From the NCBI GenBank assembly GCA_964016885.1, contig OZ024740.1, positions 115,754,001 through 115,818,000 on the forward strand: DNA of 64,000 nucleotides. Direction: 5' to 3'. Below are positions 24,546 to 38,396 of this stretch, in pieces. The notes under the pieces are model-generated. The model was given only the letters and a program-made list of their open reading frames with translations, searched no databases and had not been told where the DNA came from. The translations under genes were made by a program, and so were the position numbers. This DNA comes from Eledone cirrhosa. Its lineage: Eukaryota. Numbering within the stretch: position 1 is the first letter of the stretch; each line of letters starts with the position of its first letter.

Positions 24546-24885
24546 CTGTAATGTAATACAACCAAAAAGGGCACATAATGGGAAAATACTTTGAAAAGAA
24601 GTTGCCCCTGAAATGGGAATACAAATGGAATATATAGGAGCATGTGTTCCTGAGATACGTTTTTTTTTCTGGGTAGCTTCATAAATCGAGAAAGAGATAG
24701 TGGTTGTGAGAGAGTAGATTGAAAGAGAGACATAGAGAGAGAGAGAGAGTGAGAGAGAGATGGAGACAGAAGGAAAATGGAAGAGAAAGTGTGTGTGTCT
24801 GTGACCAGTGTATATTTACCATTATGCGCCATTTTGGTTGTATTAAATTACAGACAAGCACACATCACAGAGTTTTAGTAGTATA
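24493..24885. repeat. Inverted pair of a dispersed repeat end (also at 22140-22270 and 45015-45127)
   Basis: tactaaaagtctgtgatt..aatacaaccaaaaagggcacataatgg is inverted relative to ccattatgcgccattttggttgtatt..gagttttagta. Confidence 0.65.
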
Positions 24886-26169
24886 GGAAATACCAGTATT
24901 TTCTGAATTAGTGAGTAATTGAATGTGCTTATATATCTTTTATTATTGTGTTCTACGGTGGAATGGCAGTATCAGTAGAGCGTCGGACGTTTTATGGCAT
25001 AGAGATACGTCCCTTCACGCCCTGAGTCCAAATCCCGCCAAGGTTTGTTGGTCGTGTTTTTGAAAAAAAAAATTTTTTTACGTTCCACTTGGAGGATCCA
25101 GTAATTCAAACCAAATTATGGATAGCTTATTTTTGTTTACAATTTAGAGAAAGAAAGTTAATCAGAGAGAGAAGAAAATACAAGTTATCAGAAAGGGTAC
25201 TTGGATTTCCCGACAATAATTTTGAGGCAAGCCAATACAGTCACAGTGATACTAAGTCAGTGGCATAACCAAGCACCCCTGCTGGCATCATCTGATATGT
25301 CAGTAAGGCCAGAACCTTGTCAGCAGCTCAGTTCCTCCAGTTTTGTAAATCTGACCTTAAATAAGTTTTAAAAGAAGACAATTTATACAAATACAAAATA
25401 TTTCTTGGAAATTAATTATTGTTTTTTGATTTTTTTTCCCTTTGCCCACTGCCATGTATTCTAAATATTTTATTTATGTAAATTGAGATCATTAGTATAT
25501 TCAGCTGTCATGAGTGTAAGCACCAACTACAATTTAGGAGTTGCTATTTAAGTACATACAATGAATGGTACCTGATTGATCTCTATGAGTAAATGCAGAA
25601 TGATTTATTAGTAAAATGTATACTCTGTAAAGGGATTAATGTTAGGAAGGGCATGAAGCCTTAGAATCCATGTCAAACGAAACTGTTAAGAGGAGGATTC
25701 TTCAGTAATGTCAGGGACATTACATCCTCCCCAGTGCTGATACCAGGATAACATACACTCAATGGTTGGTGATAAGAAGGACATCCAGTTGTAGGAAACA
25801 TTTCAAACAAAGAGTAGAGAAGACTCTTCACTTGTGTCAAAGACATGATAACCTCACAAGTGCTGGTGCTATGAAAATGCAACTGGAGCACTCGAGAGAG
25901 AGAATGCTGGAACATTTGTAAGTGAAATGCTGCCACTAGTCCATCTGAGAGGTCAGTAGGTCTGATTAAGTCCTGACTTAGTCCGTGATGATCCATCTAA
26001 TTCTTGCTCGCAGCAAGAATGGACATTAAATGATAATTATATATATATATCATCATCATCGTCACTGTTGAATGTCCATTTTTTTATGCTAACATGAGTT
26101 AAATGAGTTTTACCATTCTAGAACAAGCCAGATCATACAGAACTGTTTCTTGCTTGGTTTCTAGGTCTA

Positions 26170-26470
26170 GATGCCCTTTGTTGTGGCACCAAAACGATCA
26201 CTTTACAGTATGGACTGGGTACTTTTTGTTGTCACCAAAACAATCACTTTACAGTGTGGACTGGCTTTTTGTCATGGCACCAAAACGACCACTTTACAGT
26301 GTAGGCTGGGGACTTTTTGTTGTGCCTCCTGTCATGTCCTTAATATGACCACCTCAAATGGTGGACTGGGTGGTTATTTGTCATGTCACCAGCTCTACCA
26401 CCTTGCAGGAAGGGTTACATGCTCTTTTGTCATGACACCAACATGAGCACCTTACAAGGTGGACTGAGAG
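26170..26470. repeat. Degenerate ~48-bp tandem array (copy at 46560-46860)
   Basis: Units of the form caccaaaacgaccactttacagtgtggactgg. Confidence 0.75.
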
Positions 26471-27323
26471 GTTTTAGTCATTTCAGCAGCATTGTGGGAG
26501 AATGTGTTCAGCCTTTCATACTTATATATATATATACACACACATGGTATGTTCGATATATTTTTAAAAAGAATCTACATTTCTTCCTTAATTCAACCAT
26601 TTTATGGCTATAATTCTAATGAAATACATTGGTCATGTATTAATTTTGAAATATAAACAAGTACACTCTATAAAGCAGTTAGCATTCAGACTGGCATCCA
26701 GCTGTAGAAACTATACTGAAAATGGTATGTGGTTCCCTGATCTTTCTAGTCTTAGCCTGTGTCAAATCATACAACACATGCTAGTATGGAAAACAGATGA
26801 TGATGAGTGGATAAGTTTAATTGTTCCAGTAAATGTTCATACCTACAGTTTATCAATATAGAAATATAGTAAAATTTCCACTGTTGTATCTCCCCTTTTT
26901 AAATATCTTCTATATCTTATACTGTTTCGCTATTATTTCAGAATATCAGATGACATTGGCATAACAGAATTTGTTTTACTTGAGATCCTATTTTACTGTC
27001 TGGAATGTGAACAACATAATTTCACATTCTAACTAAACCTGGACAAGTCTACAAAGTAGATTGCGAGATCTCTTGTGATCTGAACAAAGATTACAGTTAA
27101 TGGAAATATAACAATAAAAATATGAAAATGAAAACAAGAAAACTACCCATATGGTTAGAGAAGAAAGATTTTGGGAAAATGACTGACTGTTTCTGTACTA
27201 TTACAGAATATCAGATGACATTGGCATAACAGAATTTGTTTTACTTGAGATCCCTTATCAATATTTATCATTTTCAGAAGACTAAAAGTTTTTATACAGA
27301 ACAGATACAGCCCTGTTTTATAT

Positions 27324-27356
<33 letters not shown>

Positions 27357-27622
27357 GTTAGAATTACTTGGCAATATTTCCCCTGTACTGAAACTAATAT
27401 CAATATTTCTCTATTTCACTGTCTGGAATAAGTACAAGATAATTTCACATTCTAACTAAACCTGGACAAATTTACAAATTTGTTTGCTGCAACTTGAGAA
27501 CTGAACAAAGATTACAGTTAATGGAAATATAACAATAATAATATGAAAATGAAAACAAGAAAATTACCCATATGCTTAGAAAAATGAATTAAATTAAATA
27601 TATATAATTTTTATCTGAAGAG

Positions 27623-27826
27623 ATGCCAAAAGGGTTGGAAAAATCATCACACCACTGTGTTCACAAACGTATTGATACTGGAGACACACCATGTCACTGT
27701 GATATCTGCAAAAAGTAATTATCTGGATAAAGTAGGCTAACTACACCTATACATGTTCATACTGGTGAAAAACCATATCATTGTGATATCTGTGGTAAAT
27801 CTTTCTCTCAAATAAATAATTTAACT
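27623..27826 (+). pseudogene. Disrupted 5' end of ZNF copy A
   Basis: ATG 27623 homologous to 47607; 210-bp deletion relative to copy B; in-frame TAA at 27716 and 27728. Confidence 0.85.
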
Positions 27827-29371
27827 ATGCACAAATATATTCATACAGGAGAGAAACCACATCACTGTGATGTTTGTGGTAAGTCATTCTCTACAGGTGC
27901 TCACTTAACTACACACAAACATATACATGCAGGAGAGAAACCATATCACTGTGATAGCTGTGGTAAATCCTTTTCTAAAAGTGCTTCTTTAACTATTCAC
28001 AAACGTATTCATACAGGAGAAAAACCATATCACTGTGATATCTGTGGTAAATCATTCTCTCGGAGTAATGAGGTAACTATTCACAAATACATTCATACTG
28101 GAGAGAAGCCATATTGTTGTGAAATCTGTGGTAAATCATTTTTGAGAAATAGGACCTTAATTATTCACATACGTATTCATACAGGCGAGAAACCATATCA
28201 CTGTAATATATGTGATAAAACATTTGCTCGACATAATGAGTTAACTGTTCACAAATACATTCATACTGGAGACAAACCATATCTCTGTGATATCTGTGGT
28301 AGATCATTCTCTATAAGTATGCACTTAACTATGCACAAACGTTCTCACACAGGAGAGAAACCATATCACTGTGATATTTGTGGTAAATCATTCTCTAATA
28401 GATATGGCTTAACTATACACAAACGTAGTCATACAGGTGAGAAACCATATCACTGTGAAATTTGTGGTAAGACATTTTCTCATGGAAATAGCTTAACTCA
28501 ACACAAACGTATTCATACAGGAGAGAAACCATATCGTTGTGAATTTTGTGGTGAATCATTTTCTTCAAGAAGTAGCTTAATTACTCACAAACGGCTCCAT
28601 ACAGGTGAAACACCATATCATTGTGATATGTGTAGTGAATCATTTTATTCAAGAACTGCTTTAACTAGACATAGACATATTCATACAGGAGGGAAGCCAT
28701 ATTACTGCAATATGTGTGGTGAATCATTCTCTGTAACTAGTCACTTAGCTAAACACAAATACATTCATACTGGTGAAAAACCATACGATTGTGATATTTG
28801 TGGTAAATCATTCTTTTATAGAAATAGCTTAACTGTACACAAACGTATTCACACAGGTGAGAAACCATATCATTGTGATAGATGTAGTAAATCTTTTTCT
28901 TCAAGTAGTATCTTAAGTAAGCACAAATGTATTCATATAGGAGATATCTCATATCAGTGTGATATCTGTGGTAAACCATTCTCTCATGGAAATGCTTTAA
29001 TGAAGCACAAAAGCATTCATACAGGAGAGAACCCTTATCAATGTGATATCTGTGGTAAATCATGCTCTGGAAGTAGTAACTTAATTAAACACAAACGTAT
29101 TCATACAGGAGATAAGCCAAATCACTGTAATATCTGTGGTAAATCATACTTTGGAAATAGACACAAAAGTATCCATACAGGTGAGAAGCCATATCACTGT
29201 GATGTATGTGGAAAATCTTTCTCTGGAAGTAGTAACTTAACTCAACACAAACGAATTCATACCGGAGAGAAACCCTATCATTGTGATATCTGTGGTAAAT
29301 TATTCACTCAAAAAGGTAACCTAAATACACATGTAGCTCTTCATACAGAACTGCAAGTGCATCCATGTTAG
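27827..29371 (+). CDS. C2H2 zinc-finger protein copy A (18 fingers if restarted at this ATG; may be a pseudogene)
   Basis: 514-aa open frame of TGEKP-linked fingers, paralogous to 47607-49649; AATAAA at about 29567. Confidence 0.7.
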   Translation: MHKYIHTGEKPHHCDVCGKSFSTGAHLTTHKHIHAGEKPYHCDSCGKSFSKSASLTIHKRIHTGEKPYHCDICGKSFSRSNEVTIHKYIHTGEKPYCCEICGKSFLRNRTLIIHIRIHTGEKPYHCNICDKTFARHNELTVHKYIHTGDKPYLCDICGRSFSISMHLTMHKRSHTGEKPYHCDICGKSFSNRYGLTIHKRSHTGEKPYHCEICGKTFSHGNSLTQHKRIHTGEKPYRCEFCGESFSSRSSLITHKRLHTGETPYHCDMCSESFYSRTALTRHRHIHTGGKPYYCNMCGESFSVTSHLAKHKYIHTGEKPYDCDICGKSFFYRNSLTVHKRIHTGEKPYHCDRCSKSFSSSSILSKHKCIHIGDISYQCDICGKPFSHGNALMKHKSIHTGENPYQCDICGKSCSGSSNLIKHKRIHTGDKPNHCNICGKSYFGNRHKSIHTGEKPYHCDVCGKSFSGSSNLTQHKRIHTGEKPYHCDICGKLFTQKGNLNTHVALHTELQVHPC

Positions 29372-30049
29372 AAGTTGGGTAAATCTAAAGATAGTGCAGC
29401 AATGTGTTCTACTTAATTTTTCCATTGGTATATTCAGTAATTTTACAATATTCATAAAGTTACAAGATACATCAACAAGAATAGGAAAATATCTATTTGA
29501 TAAAAAAAAATTAAATGGGGCCCATTGTTGTGTTGTTTTACTATTGCTGTCAAAATCCATTCTATGAATAAATATTTATAACATTATATATATATTCAAA
29601 CCAGAAAGGAGAAAAGATTTATTTATTTGAGATTATGGGTAAATTAGAAATAACATCACTGTACAGTTAAATACACAAACAACAACATGAAATATTTCAT
29701 ATTATTATAGAATATATATATATATGATATCTTATATTCTAGATCTTATATCATCAATGTTTTAATATCCCTTCTACATGTTGGTATAGGTTGGACATGT
29801 CTGTTATACAGGATGTCAACACATTTTAAAATCTTTTGTGACCTGAAATTTAAATAAGGTTGGTTTATTTAAATAAAGTTGGTATATGATAAAAGATTCA
29901 TATTTTTCCATACTGATCTTCATTAACTCTTTACTTTGAAGCTATATAATTTGTTGACATTTGATATTAAATATCAGATATTAGAGGTTATCATGTAGAG
30001 AATGAAAGTAAACAATAAGTCAACTTCATACATTAAATGATAATGATGG

Positions 30050-30300
30050 TGGTTATCTGGTGAACATGTGGTTTAACCAGTTGGTTGAAAGTAGCTAACT
30101 TTGTATTAAGTGAACATGTGAGGTAGCCACTTGGTTGATGGTAGCTAACTTTGTACATTAAATGATGATGATGATGATGGCTGTTATCTAGTGAACATGT
30201 GCTGTTACCAGTTGGTTGATGGTAGCTAACTTTGTATTAAGTGATAATGATGGCTGTTATCTGGTGAACATGTGGTGTAACCAGCTGGTTGATGGTAGCT
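30050..30300. repeat. ~50-bp minisatellite, 4 units (copy at 56170-56395)
   Basis: Unit gtgaacatgtggtgtaaccagttggttgatggtagctaactttgtattaa. Confidence 0.85.
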
Positions 30301-32012
30301 GAAAAATCAATTAAAATATTGAAGTAATTTCTCAAATGATGAGTATTTAGTATTGCTTTGGTTTGTTAAAGCTAGTTGTCAGATCGGACCAAGTAAACTC
30401 TGTTTCCATTGCTGATTCTATCTGTTTGTTGCAACTTCTGGCAGAAGGAGTAGTGTGATATAAAGTATTTAGATCAACAACACAATGTGCTGCCTGGTCC
30501 AGGAATCAAGCCCATGATTCTAAGATCATGAGTTCAACACACTAACTTGTGACTGGCAGTTAGTGTTAGTAATGGTAAGATCAATAAAAAAATTCTTTTC
30601 TTTCTCCAATCAAATGAACATCTGAATTAACAAATATTGACCCTACAAATTTATACAAATCCAAAAGTTTTCATAAAATGTTTTTTTTTTCAGAATCATC
30701 ATTTAATATTCACTATTAAAAACTCCTTGCTATGCTACCGGTACACACACACACATACAAGCAACCAGAAAAATAACTATATGTATTATATATATACATG
30801 TCATGGTCATTTTTTGTAGTCTGTGTTACCTTGTCTTTATGTTGAATGACACACACGTATATTTTCACATGCATTACACTTAAAACACCCTTGTAAACTT
30901 CTGAGAAAACGTTTCCTAATAAAAGATATTGAAATATACCAATTTGCTATTATGATGTCACTTTATTGTTGAATTATGCTTTAAACTATAAACAACTCTT
31001 CTAGATGGGCCAGGTGCCACATCTTGCTTACACATTTTCCAGATTTAACAGTTTCTACAGATGGATGTTTTTCTTAATTCCAACCACTTTACAGTGTCCT
31101 GGGAACATTTTATCTTGACACCAACACTATAGATGTCATATCTTTCATACAACTGAAGAGTCTTCTCAGCCCTTTGTTTGATATAGGCTCTATGGCTGGA
31201 TGTCTTTCTTAATGCTAATCACTTTGCAAAGTGTACTGGATGCATTTTATTGCACAAGAGATGTTGTCATGTCTGTGACATAATTGAAGAGTCCTCTCAA
31301 CCATTTTTGACACGGTTTCTGTGGTGGGATGCCTTTCTTAACCAATTTACAAAGTGTGCTGGATGCATTTAATTGTAGCACCAACATTAGAGAAGTTGTC
31401 AGGTTGTTGATGTGACTGACCACCCCCTTAACTATGTTGTTGTTACCAAGACTTACCCACTTCATGCAAAATGTATTTTAATAGTGAGAGTAAAACTGGA
31501 GTGGATGCTTTGTTCTAAGGTAAATGTTTGAGAGTGAAAATAGAGGGGTGAGGCCAAGCCAGAACAGGTGTATGACAAATGTGTGTGGGAGGTGATGTGA
31601 AGGAAAAGAAGGGAGTAAAAAACATTTATTGTAACTTCATTTGCTATATGGATGCAGCTCAGATGATGCCATAAATAGGTGCAGCAGATATTAATTACAG
31701 TTGAGATGGAGGAAAGGGTAGAATTAGTTTTGGGTGTATTGCTTTTATACAGGTAGGTGTGTTATCTCTAGCACTACATATCACCAATCATTATGGCCCA
31801 TCCATGTCATTAGGTTCAGTATCCTAATGTCAGTCTTCCCCATATCTCCGTCTCTACCTCTTCCAAATGTACCACCCACTGACATTTTCTAGGCTCCTAT
31901 ATATAACTGTCATCTTACATATACACGACAAACACCGTAAAGTTTTCTATCCGACGTTCTAACAATTCTGCCAAATCATCACCTTTCCCTGTTTTACTAT
32001 AGTTAATTTGTG

Positions 32013-32330
32013 AAGGCGTCTGGTTTGGTGGCTAGTGTTTTTGGTTCACGATTGTAAGGTTGTGAATTCGATCCCTCGTGGCGTGTTATATTTTTTTAAT
32101 TTGCCATTGCTACAGATCACTCAGCTGACAAAAATGTGTTATACATGTAATTCAAAGGGTCAGGCTTGCCACAGTATGTCTGGATGAATCTCCACAATAA
32201 CTACGTTAAGGTTACACGTGTCTGTGGAGTGCTCAGACACTTGCACGTTAATTTCTCGAGCAGACCTCTTCCATTGTTGAAACAACGGGAACACACGTCA
32301 GAACCAACGGAAGTCCAACACCCATAGAAG
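32013..32330 (+). mobile_element. tRNA-head SINE family Y (copies 59580-59890, 60570-60890, 63172-63485)
   Basis: A/B-box-like head, then tgtaattcaaaggg..acacgtgtctgtggagtgctcag..ttgcacgttaattt body. Confidence 0.65.
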
Positions 32331-33067
32331 CTTATTGATGAACCAAGTTTACAGTGAAATAATTTTGGAGCTGTTGTGCTGTTCGACCTGCTAAAAATAC
32401 CCACCAAATGTCTTTCAAAGTACACCGATCACATTAAAGAACAACAACGATACTTTGGATAATGTAGTCTTACACACCCTAAACCAGAGTAAATTAGATA
32501 GCATTGTAATTGTTGGAATATTTTTATATCATAAAGCTATCATGTTGAAAGGAGAGCATTCTAAGGGAAATAACTCTTAAATTGACTTTATGGATTATAT
32601 CCTTTTGGCCGTTAGTTTATCTAGTTCAGAATTTCCCAAAAATGTTTGGAGTCCGTTGAATTTTAAATTTCATTAAAAAAAACTTTATTGAAGTATTTAC
32701 TGGAAAGTTAAAGGTTTAAAAGGCAACCATAGTACATGTAGTTCTAAAGAAGGACATATCATTTCAAAGTGAATATGGCTATTTCATTGTGAGTTCATGT
32801 GATGTAAACAAAATATATAATATTTCTCCTCATAGAGAAAATATAGTTGGGAACACTTTTAGTTGGTGAATATGATATTATAAACGAAAGCAAATAACTT
32901 CTTTTTAAACCACGATTCTGATTAGCTTGTTTCTGATGGAAATATTGAATTGTGAGTGAAATTGGATTGACGGAAACTGTTTGAAAGCCCGAATTGTGTT
33001 TGCAATTCAGAGGGTCAGCCTTGTCACACACAGTATTACGATGAATCTCACTGAGAATTATGTTAAG

Positions 33068-33545
33068 TACTTCTATCGATCCTTTATATGATTGGAAAAG
33101 GTTTATATCACTGGTGCTCTTTCCGTTCATTACCCCTGTGCATCTACATACAAAGTCCTCTCTTCCTGTTAGCCTACTTGTTATCCAACTACATCTCTTG
33201 TGTATCCAAGATTTACATTGTGTACATTGTATAGATTATATGCCTACTCATTTTCTACATATTGAGTGGGGCCACTTCCCTGGAGGAATCAAGGTCCTAT
33301 CTTCTTTTTTATTCACTAGCACTTTACTCGCAGCTTTTTTATTCCAAATTCTGTTTCCATAGTTGGAACTTATTCTCTATTTCTTTTCTAGATTCAGCTA
33401 TACGGACGAGATCATCCATATAGACAAGTTCCCATGGACAGCCAGTTTTAACCTCTCTGTTATGGCCTGAAGAGCTATGATGAACAGCAGTAGGTTAAGT
33501 GCTGAACCCTGATGAACTCCTATCTGCACCGTACTAATATCCTTA
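33068..33545 (-). mobile_element. Old RTE fragment of the same family as the two young RTEs
   Basis: Minus strand GVHQGSALNLLLFIIALQAITE..PPGKWPHSICRK. Confidence 0.7.
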
Positions 33546-33984
33546 ACTTGTGTTGTGGGGAATATAAGAGGATAAATAGTGGATCATTTAACAGAATAAT
33601 CAAATCACAGTATATCAGCATACCTTTACAATTGGATGGTCATGATTAATCCTTTTCTTACCAAACTGCCTCTCGCACTATGATACACAACTGTTTATTT
33701 CAAGGTCTGTATCATCATCATTGTTTTAACACCCACTTTCCCAGCTAGCAAAGGTATATTTATCTAGAAAAAACTTTTATAATTTTATGTAAGAATCTTT
33801 ATGTTGAGTTTGAAACATTAGGTTAAATGTGTGAAAGTTAAGTTATTTTACTAAATCCCTTAAAATTCTTAATTATTTGAAAAACATAGACAGTGCGTTT
33901 CATCAAAAATATGGTAATGAAAGGGTTAAATACATAGGCAGTGTCTTTCAATAGAAATATGGTAATGAAAGTTTTAAATGATCT

Positions 33985-36900
33985 CAGTGGGGCAGTTGCA
34001 TGCGGAAATGATAGGACGGGCTGGGATTGTTTTGTTTGTGTATTTTGGGGAGGAAGTAGATGGTGGGTGTGCGAGGTGTCCGTACAATAAGGTTGGTGGC
34101 TGTGGGAGGATAGGAGAGAGGAGGAGATGAGCTGGTGGATGGTGGAGGATACGAGTTGTTGGTAGCCAAGAGTGGGGTCGGAGGATAAAGGGCGGTAAAA
34201 AAGGGTATCGCGAAGCTGGCGGAGGGCCTCAGCCTTATAGAAGTCAACGCTTGAAACCACCACAGCACCACCTTTGTCAGCGGGTTTGATGACAATGTCA
34301 TCACGACGCCGTAGGTTGCGAAGAGCGGAGAGCTCAGCCCGTGTAATGTTAGAGTGACGAGGATTTAACGAAGGGTATGAATAAGGAAGAGTTAGTTATA
34401 TAATGGATAGTATGGTAATATGTATAGAATAGATATGTTGGTTATTTAGTTGTTATGATAATAACAATGTTGTTAGAAGAGATAACATGAATATAATATA
34501 AAGAATATAAGAATATATGATTTGATTTATATATATTTTACTTCACGTGAATTAAAAGGTACAATAAACAAGTTACCATCAGTTGCAAAGATTGACAATA
34601 TTATTTTGTTGTTGATGTGTAGACTGTTGTAGTCTGTTGTTGTTGGTGTGAAAACAGCGAGTTATAGATAATTGTTGTTGTTGTTGGAATTTGTGGTAAT
34701 AGTTGTTAGACTGTGTTAGTAAGAGAGTATGGTATGTATAGCTCTGAATGGTCTGTAGTAACTGAGAAATACCGTGAACTGCATACACCGGTGAATCTTC
34801 CACATTTGTGTTCTGTATAGCAGGGTTCCAATCTCTGTGTGTGTATCTGTAGACTTCATGGGGTCTGTTGATAGCAGTAATCCTTACATAGTTAGTTGTA
34901 TATCCTATCGCTTTGATGTCTCTGTGTGGAATGGCTTGTACATGGTCTGAATATAGCTGTCACTTCCTGTCCCCCACCTTGAGAGGACAGCCAACGAATC
35001 TACCTGTCTACACCAAAGAGAGTATTGACCTAGGATTTAACCTTTAGGTATCACCCAAAGTTCAAGGCGCGGACAGATTTTGCTACATTATTTCCCTACC
35101 CAGATCGATGCTGGAGCAGCGATCGATTATAAAAGGGGTAGCGGAATCTGATTCCTAGAAGCGTGTCCCAAAACACGCAAAATTTGGGTACTGCTCCCGC
35201 ACTTCGAGTGTAGAGAAATTTGGAGAGAGAAAAAAAATATATAGTACAACTGAGCACGCATGTGAGTGTGTAACATTTAGAAGGAACTGTAAAAATACAA
35301 AGTTGTGATCATGTATTTCAAACTGTTATGTATGGATGGATGGATTACGTTATTGGATTACCATATGACAACACAGAGGACTATTTCTTTCGATGTATCA
35401 TCATATGTAAGATTCTCTTCAGTGAGTCGAGGTTTACGCTATGACATGAGTGTGTACAATTTTGAGTTGCAGCGCTCAGTGAGTCGAACAATTAAGTACC
35501 CGTGGGCTGATTATCATGTGTTAAATAGCTATTGTCGAACCTTGACCAGTTGAATCTCGATGTATTATCATACGTAAGATTCTCTTCCCGTAAGTCGAGG
35601 TTTATGCTATGACATGAGTGTGTGCAATTTTGAGTTGAAGCTCAGTGAGTCGAGCTAAAAGTAACCGTGGGCTGATCATCATGTGTTTCATAGCTTTCGC
35701 CGTACCTTGACCAGTCGAAAAGTGATCCCGCAGAGACCCAACCGAATCCAGAATATACCAAAGACAAAAACATGTGACAAGGAAAATGAGGTGTGTTTGA
35801 TGTAAAACGTGTTATTAATACAGGCATATAATACAGTAAAACGAATAAAATAAAAATAAAAAAATGACATTCATATACAACCTGTAAAAAGAAATTTAAA
35901 ATAACATTTTTATAATTGTTCTTTAAAAAAAAGTTCATTTTTATTTCCCTCGATCGTTTTCTTGCTAGGAAGCTAGTAGTATTGTTTGTTGGAGGTTACG
36001 AAGCAAGTGTTTGGTAACTGTATATTACTGAGGTTGGCAAATAAAGCCATGATCATTTCAAATAGGCTGCGTGTAATTTAAACTTTTTTTTAAAATACCA
36101 CTTCGTTATTTTTATTTTTTAAATCACGTCGGGATTTACCAATTTAGCGAAGAGTATTATAGGAAATTGTTAAATGGATTAACACGGTTATTAGATGAAA
36201 TAATAATAAGAATAAATGATTTGATTTATATATAGTTTACTTCATGTGAATTAAAGGTACAATAAACAAGTTACCATAAGTTGCAAAAATTGACAATATT
36301 ATTTTGTTGTTGATGTGTAGGCTGTTGTAGTTTGTGTGAAAACAGCAAGTTACAGATAATTGTTGTTGTTGTTGGAACTCGTGGTAATAGTTGTTAGACC
36401 GTATTAGTAAGAGAGTATGGTATGTATAGCTCTGAATGGTCTGTAGTAACAGTGCGCCGGCAAGTATCAACAAAGGAGTTGAGGGTGCTGAACTGGCTGG
36501 AGCTCGGCGTCCAATGTGATTGCCAGCGACTGAGACGAGTGAAGTCATCCGTCTGTGTTGATGATGGCGTATCATGAAAAAAAGCTTTGAGCTTTAATCG
36601 ACGGAAGAACCCTTCAATCTCGGCATGTGTGCGGAATTCGTCGCAGGTTGATGGGGTTGGTATAAAACGCAAATACTGGGCGAGGAGGGAGCACTCAGAT
36701 TCAGAGAGTGGTAGGTCCTGGGGTATGGTGACTAGAGTGCAGGGACGTGAAAGGGGTGGAGGGGTTAAGGTGGTTGAGCAAAGCATGTGCAGATTCAGTA
36801 GTGGGGAGAGGAAAGAGGGTGGTAGGTGATGGAATGGAGGGGTTTAGTGTTGGAGGTGAAATAAGTATGTCTGGTGATGGCAGGTGGGGAGCAGAGTGAG

Positions 36901-37400
36901 TAAAGTTTGTTGTTTTTAATGGAAGTGGGGAAATTGAAGAGGAGGCGATTGAGGTAAAGGATGAATTGGATGAGGGATTGGGCAAGGAGGGGTGGTAAGT
37001 GGAGGAGGAGAGATGGGGGTAGGCCTTGGGGAGATCTTGGTCGTGAGAACGGATTTGGGTGAGAGTAGATCGGATAGTTGCCCGCATGAGCTGGCGAGAG
37101 GAGCGGGTAGGGATGGGCTCAGTGGTGGGAGCGGAGTAAGAGGTCGGGTGGAACTTGAGGCGGAAACCTCGCGGAATGAGGTGGTGGTTGTGGAGACAGT
37201 GACTTAAAAATGTGATGTGACTTGTATTTTGTTTTGGTGAAGATGAGGTTGAAGAGATGCACAGATGATTGGATGCATATGGGGGGGGGGGGGCGTTTGA
37301 GAGTGGAATGGAGCAGGCGGAGAAAAGATTTGAGATTGGGCATGTTGAAGGTACTAGGGTGGGAGTGAAAAAATAGAAGGGTGGTGTAAGAAGATTATAG
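33985..37400 (-). mobile_element. Fragmented Penelope-like element (Neptune/Poseidon type)
   Basis: LSESECSLL..FIPTP..FFRRLKLKAFF (36450-36790); IVIKPADKGGAVVV and YFLPKIHK (34000-34350); ~240-bp direct repeat 34517-34760 and 36217-36449. The interval 34760-36200 is not clearly part of it. Confidence 0.75.
35390..35720. repeat. 167-bp tandem dimer
   Basis: Units start tcgatgtat at 35390 and 35557. Confidence 0.85.
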
Positions 37401-37939
37401 TAGAGGAAAAGTGATAGAGAGTCGTGGTATATTTAAATGCAAGAAGCAAAGAAATTTTCAGTGATACGAAAGATATGGCGGAAGTTCAGGTATACTCCAA
37501 GTTGATATCCAGTTTCGGGCTGAAAATCCAAAGAATTTGAGAGATCCACGTAAGCGTTGATATATATATGTATGTAAAAGGTAAACAAAAATAACAACAC
37601 AATTGGTACAGTATATGGAAGGAATATATTAGGTTAACGCTCTATTTTACTTACATATACACACACATTTCTTCTTAGCTTCGTACGGACGTATAATAAC
37701 ACACACACGCATGCATACGTCCGCGCACAAGTATAGCTCTTTATACAAAACATTTTTTATCTATTTCCTCATCATCCACTTTTCTAAAAAAAAAATCATA
37801 CACAAAATGCCAGCACCAACAGTTTTCCAATAACAGGTCCATTCATGTAAACATGAATGGACCTGTTATTTTTTATCTAAAGACATTTTTTCCAATTTCA
37901 CCCTGCCCACCCCTTGAATCTATCTTATTTCTCATTCTT

Positions 37940-37975
37940 TCTTCTGATGAAGGACTAGCATCTGAAACATTAAGA
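37940..37975 (+). ncRNA. Degenerate minimal hammerhead motif
   Basis: tctt-CTGATGA-aggactagcatct-GAAA-cattaaga. Confidence 0.4.
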
Positions 37976-38223
37976 CCCTCTTCCTGCTATTTCAAGCGTT
38001 AACCTAATATATTCCTTCCATATACTGTACCGATTGTATTATTTCTGTTTACCTTTTACATACATATATATATGGGTGTGTGTGTGTGTATATTAGGGTT
38101 TTACCTGTTAAATAAGGGCTACTTTCAGAAGTATACTTTTGCCTCTGTGGGTAGCATCAGGTAGTATGATACAAATGCATATATTAATTATAATTTAACT
38201 CTACGGTGCTTATACAAAATAAT

Positions 38224-38396
38224 TTCTACTTTTGGCACAAGGCCAACAATTATCACAGTGCATTAGTGGTACTTTATTTTATTGACCCCATAGGGATGAA
38301 AGGCAAAGTTAACCTTGGCAGGATTTGAACTTAGACCGTAAAGGGCCGTAACTGCATACTGCAAAGCATGGCGTCCGACCCTCTACTGATACTGCC
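38224..38396 (-). mobile_element. Near full-length family X SINE
   Basis: TSD acaaaataat at 38214-38223 and 38397-38406; head tggcagtatcagtagag and B-box gttcaaatcc on the minus strand. Confidence 0.85.

Noticed and set aside
25673-26861. Short ORFs conserved in both duplicates (also 46062-47285)
   Set aside because: Conservation reflects the recent duplication; the sequence is decayed SINE-derived DNA.
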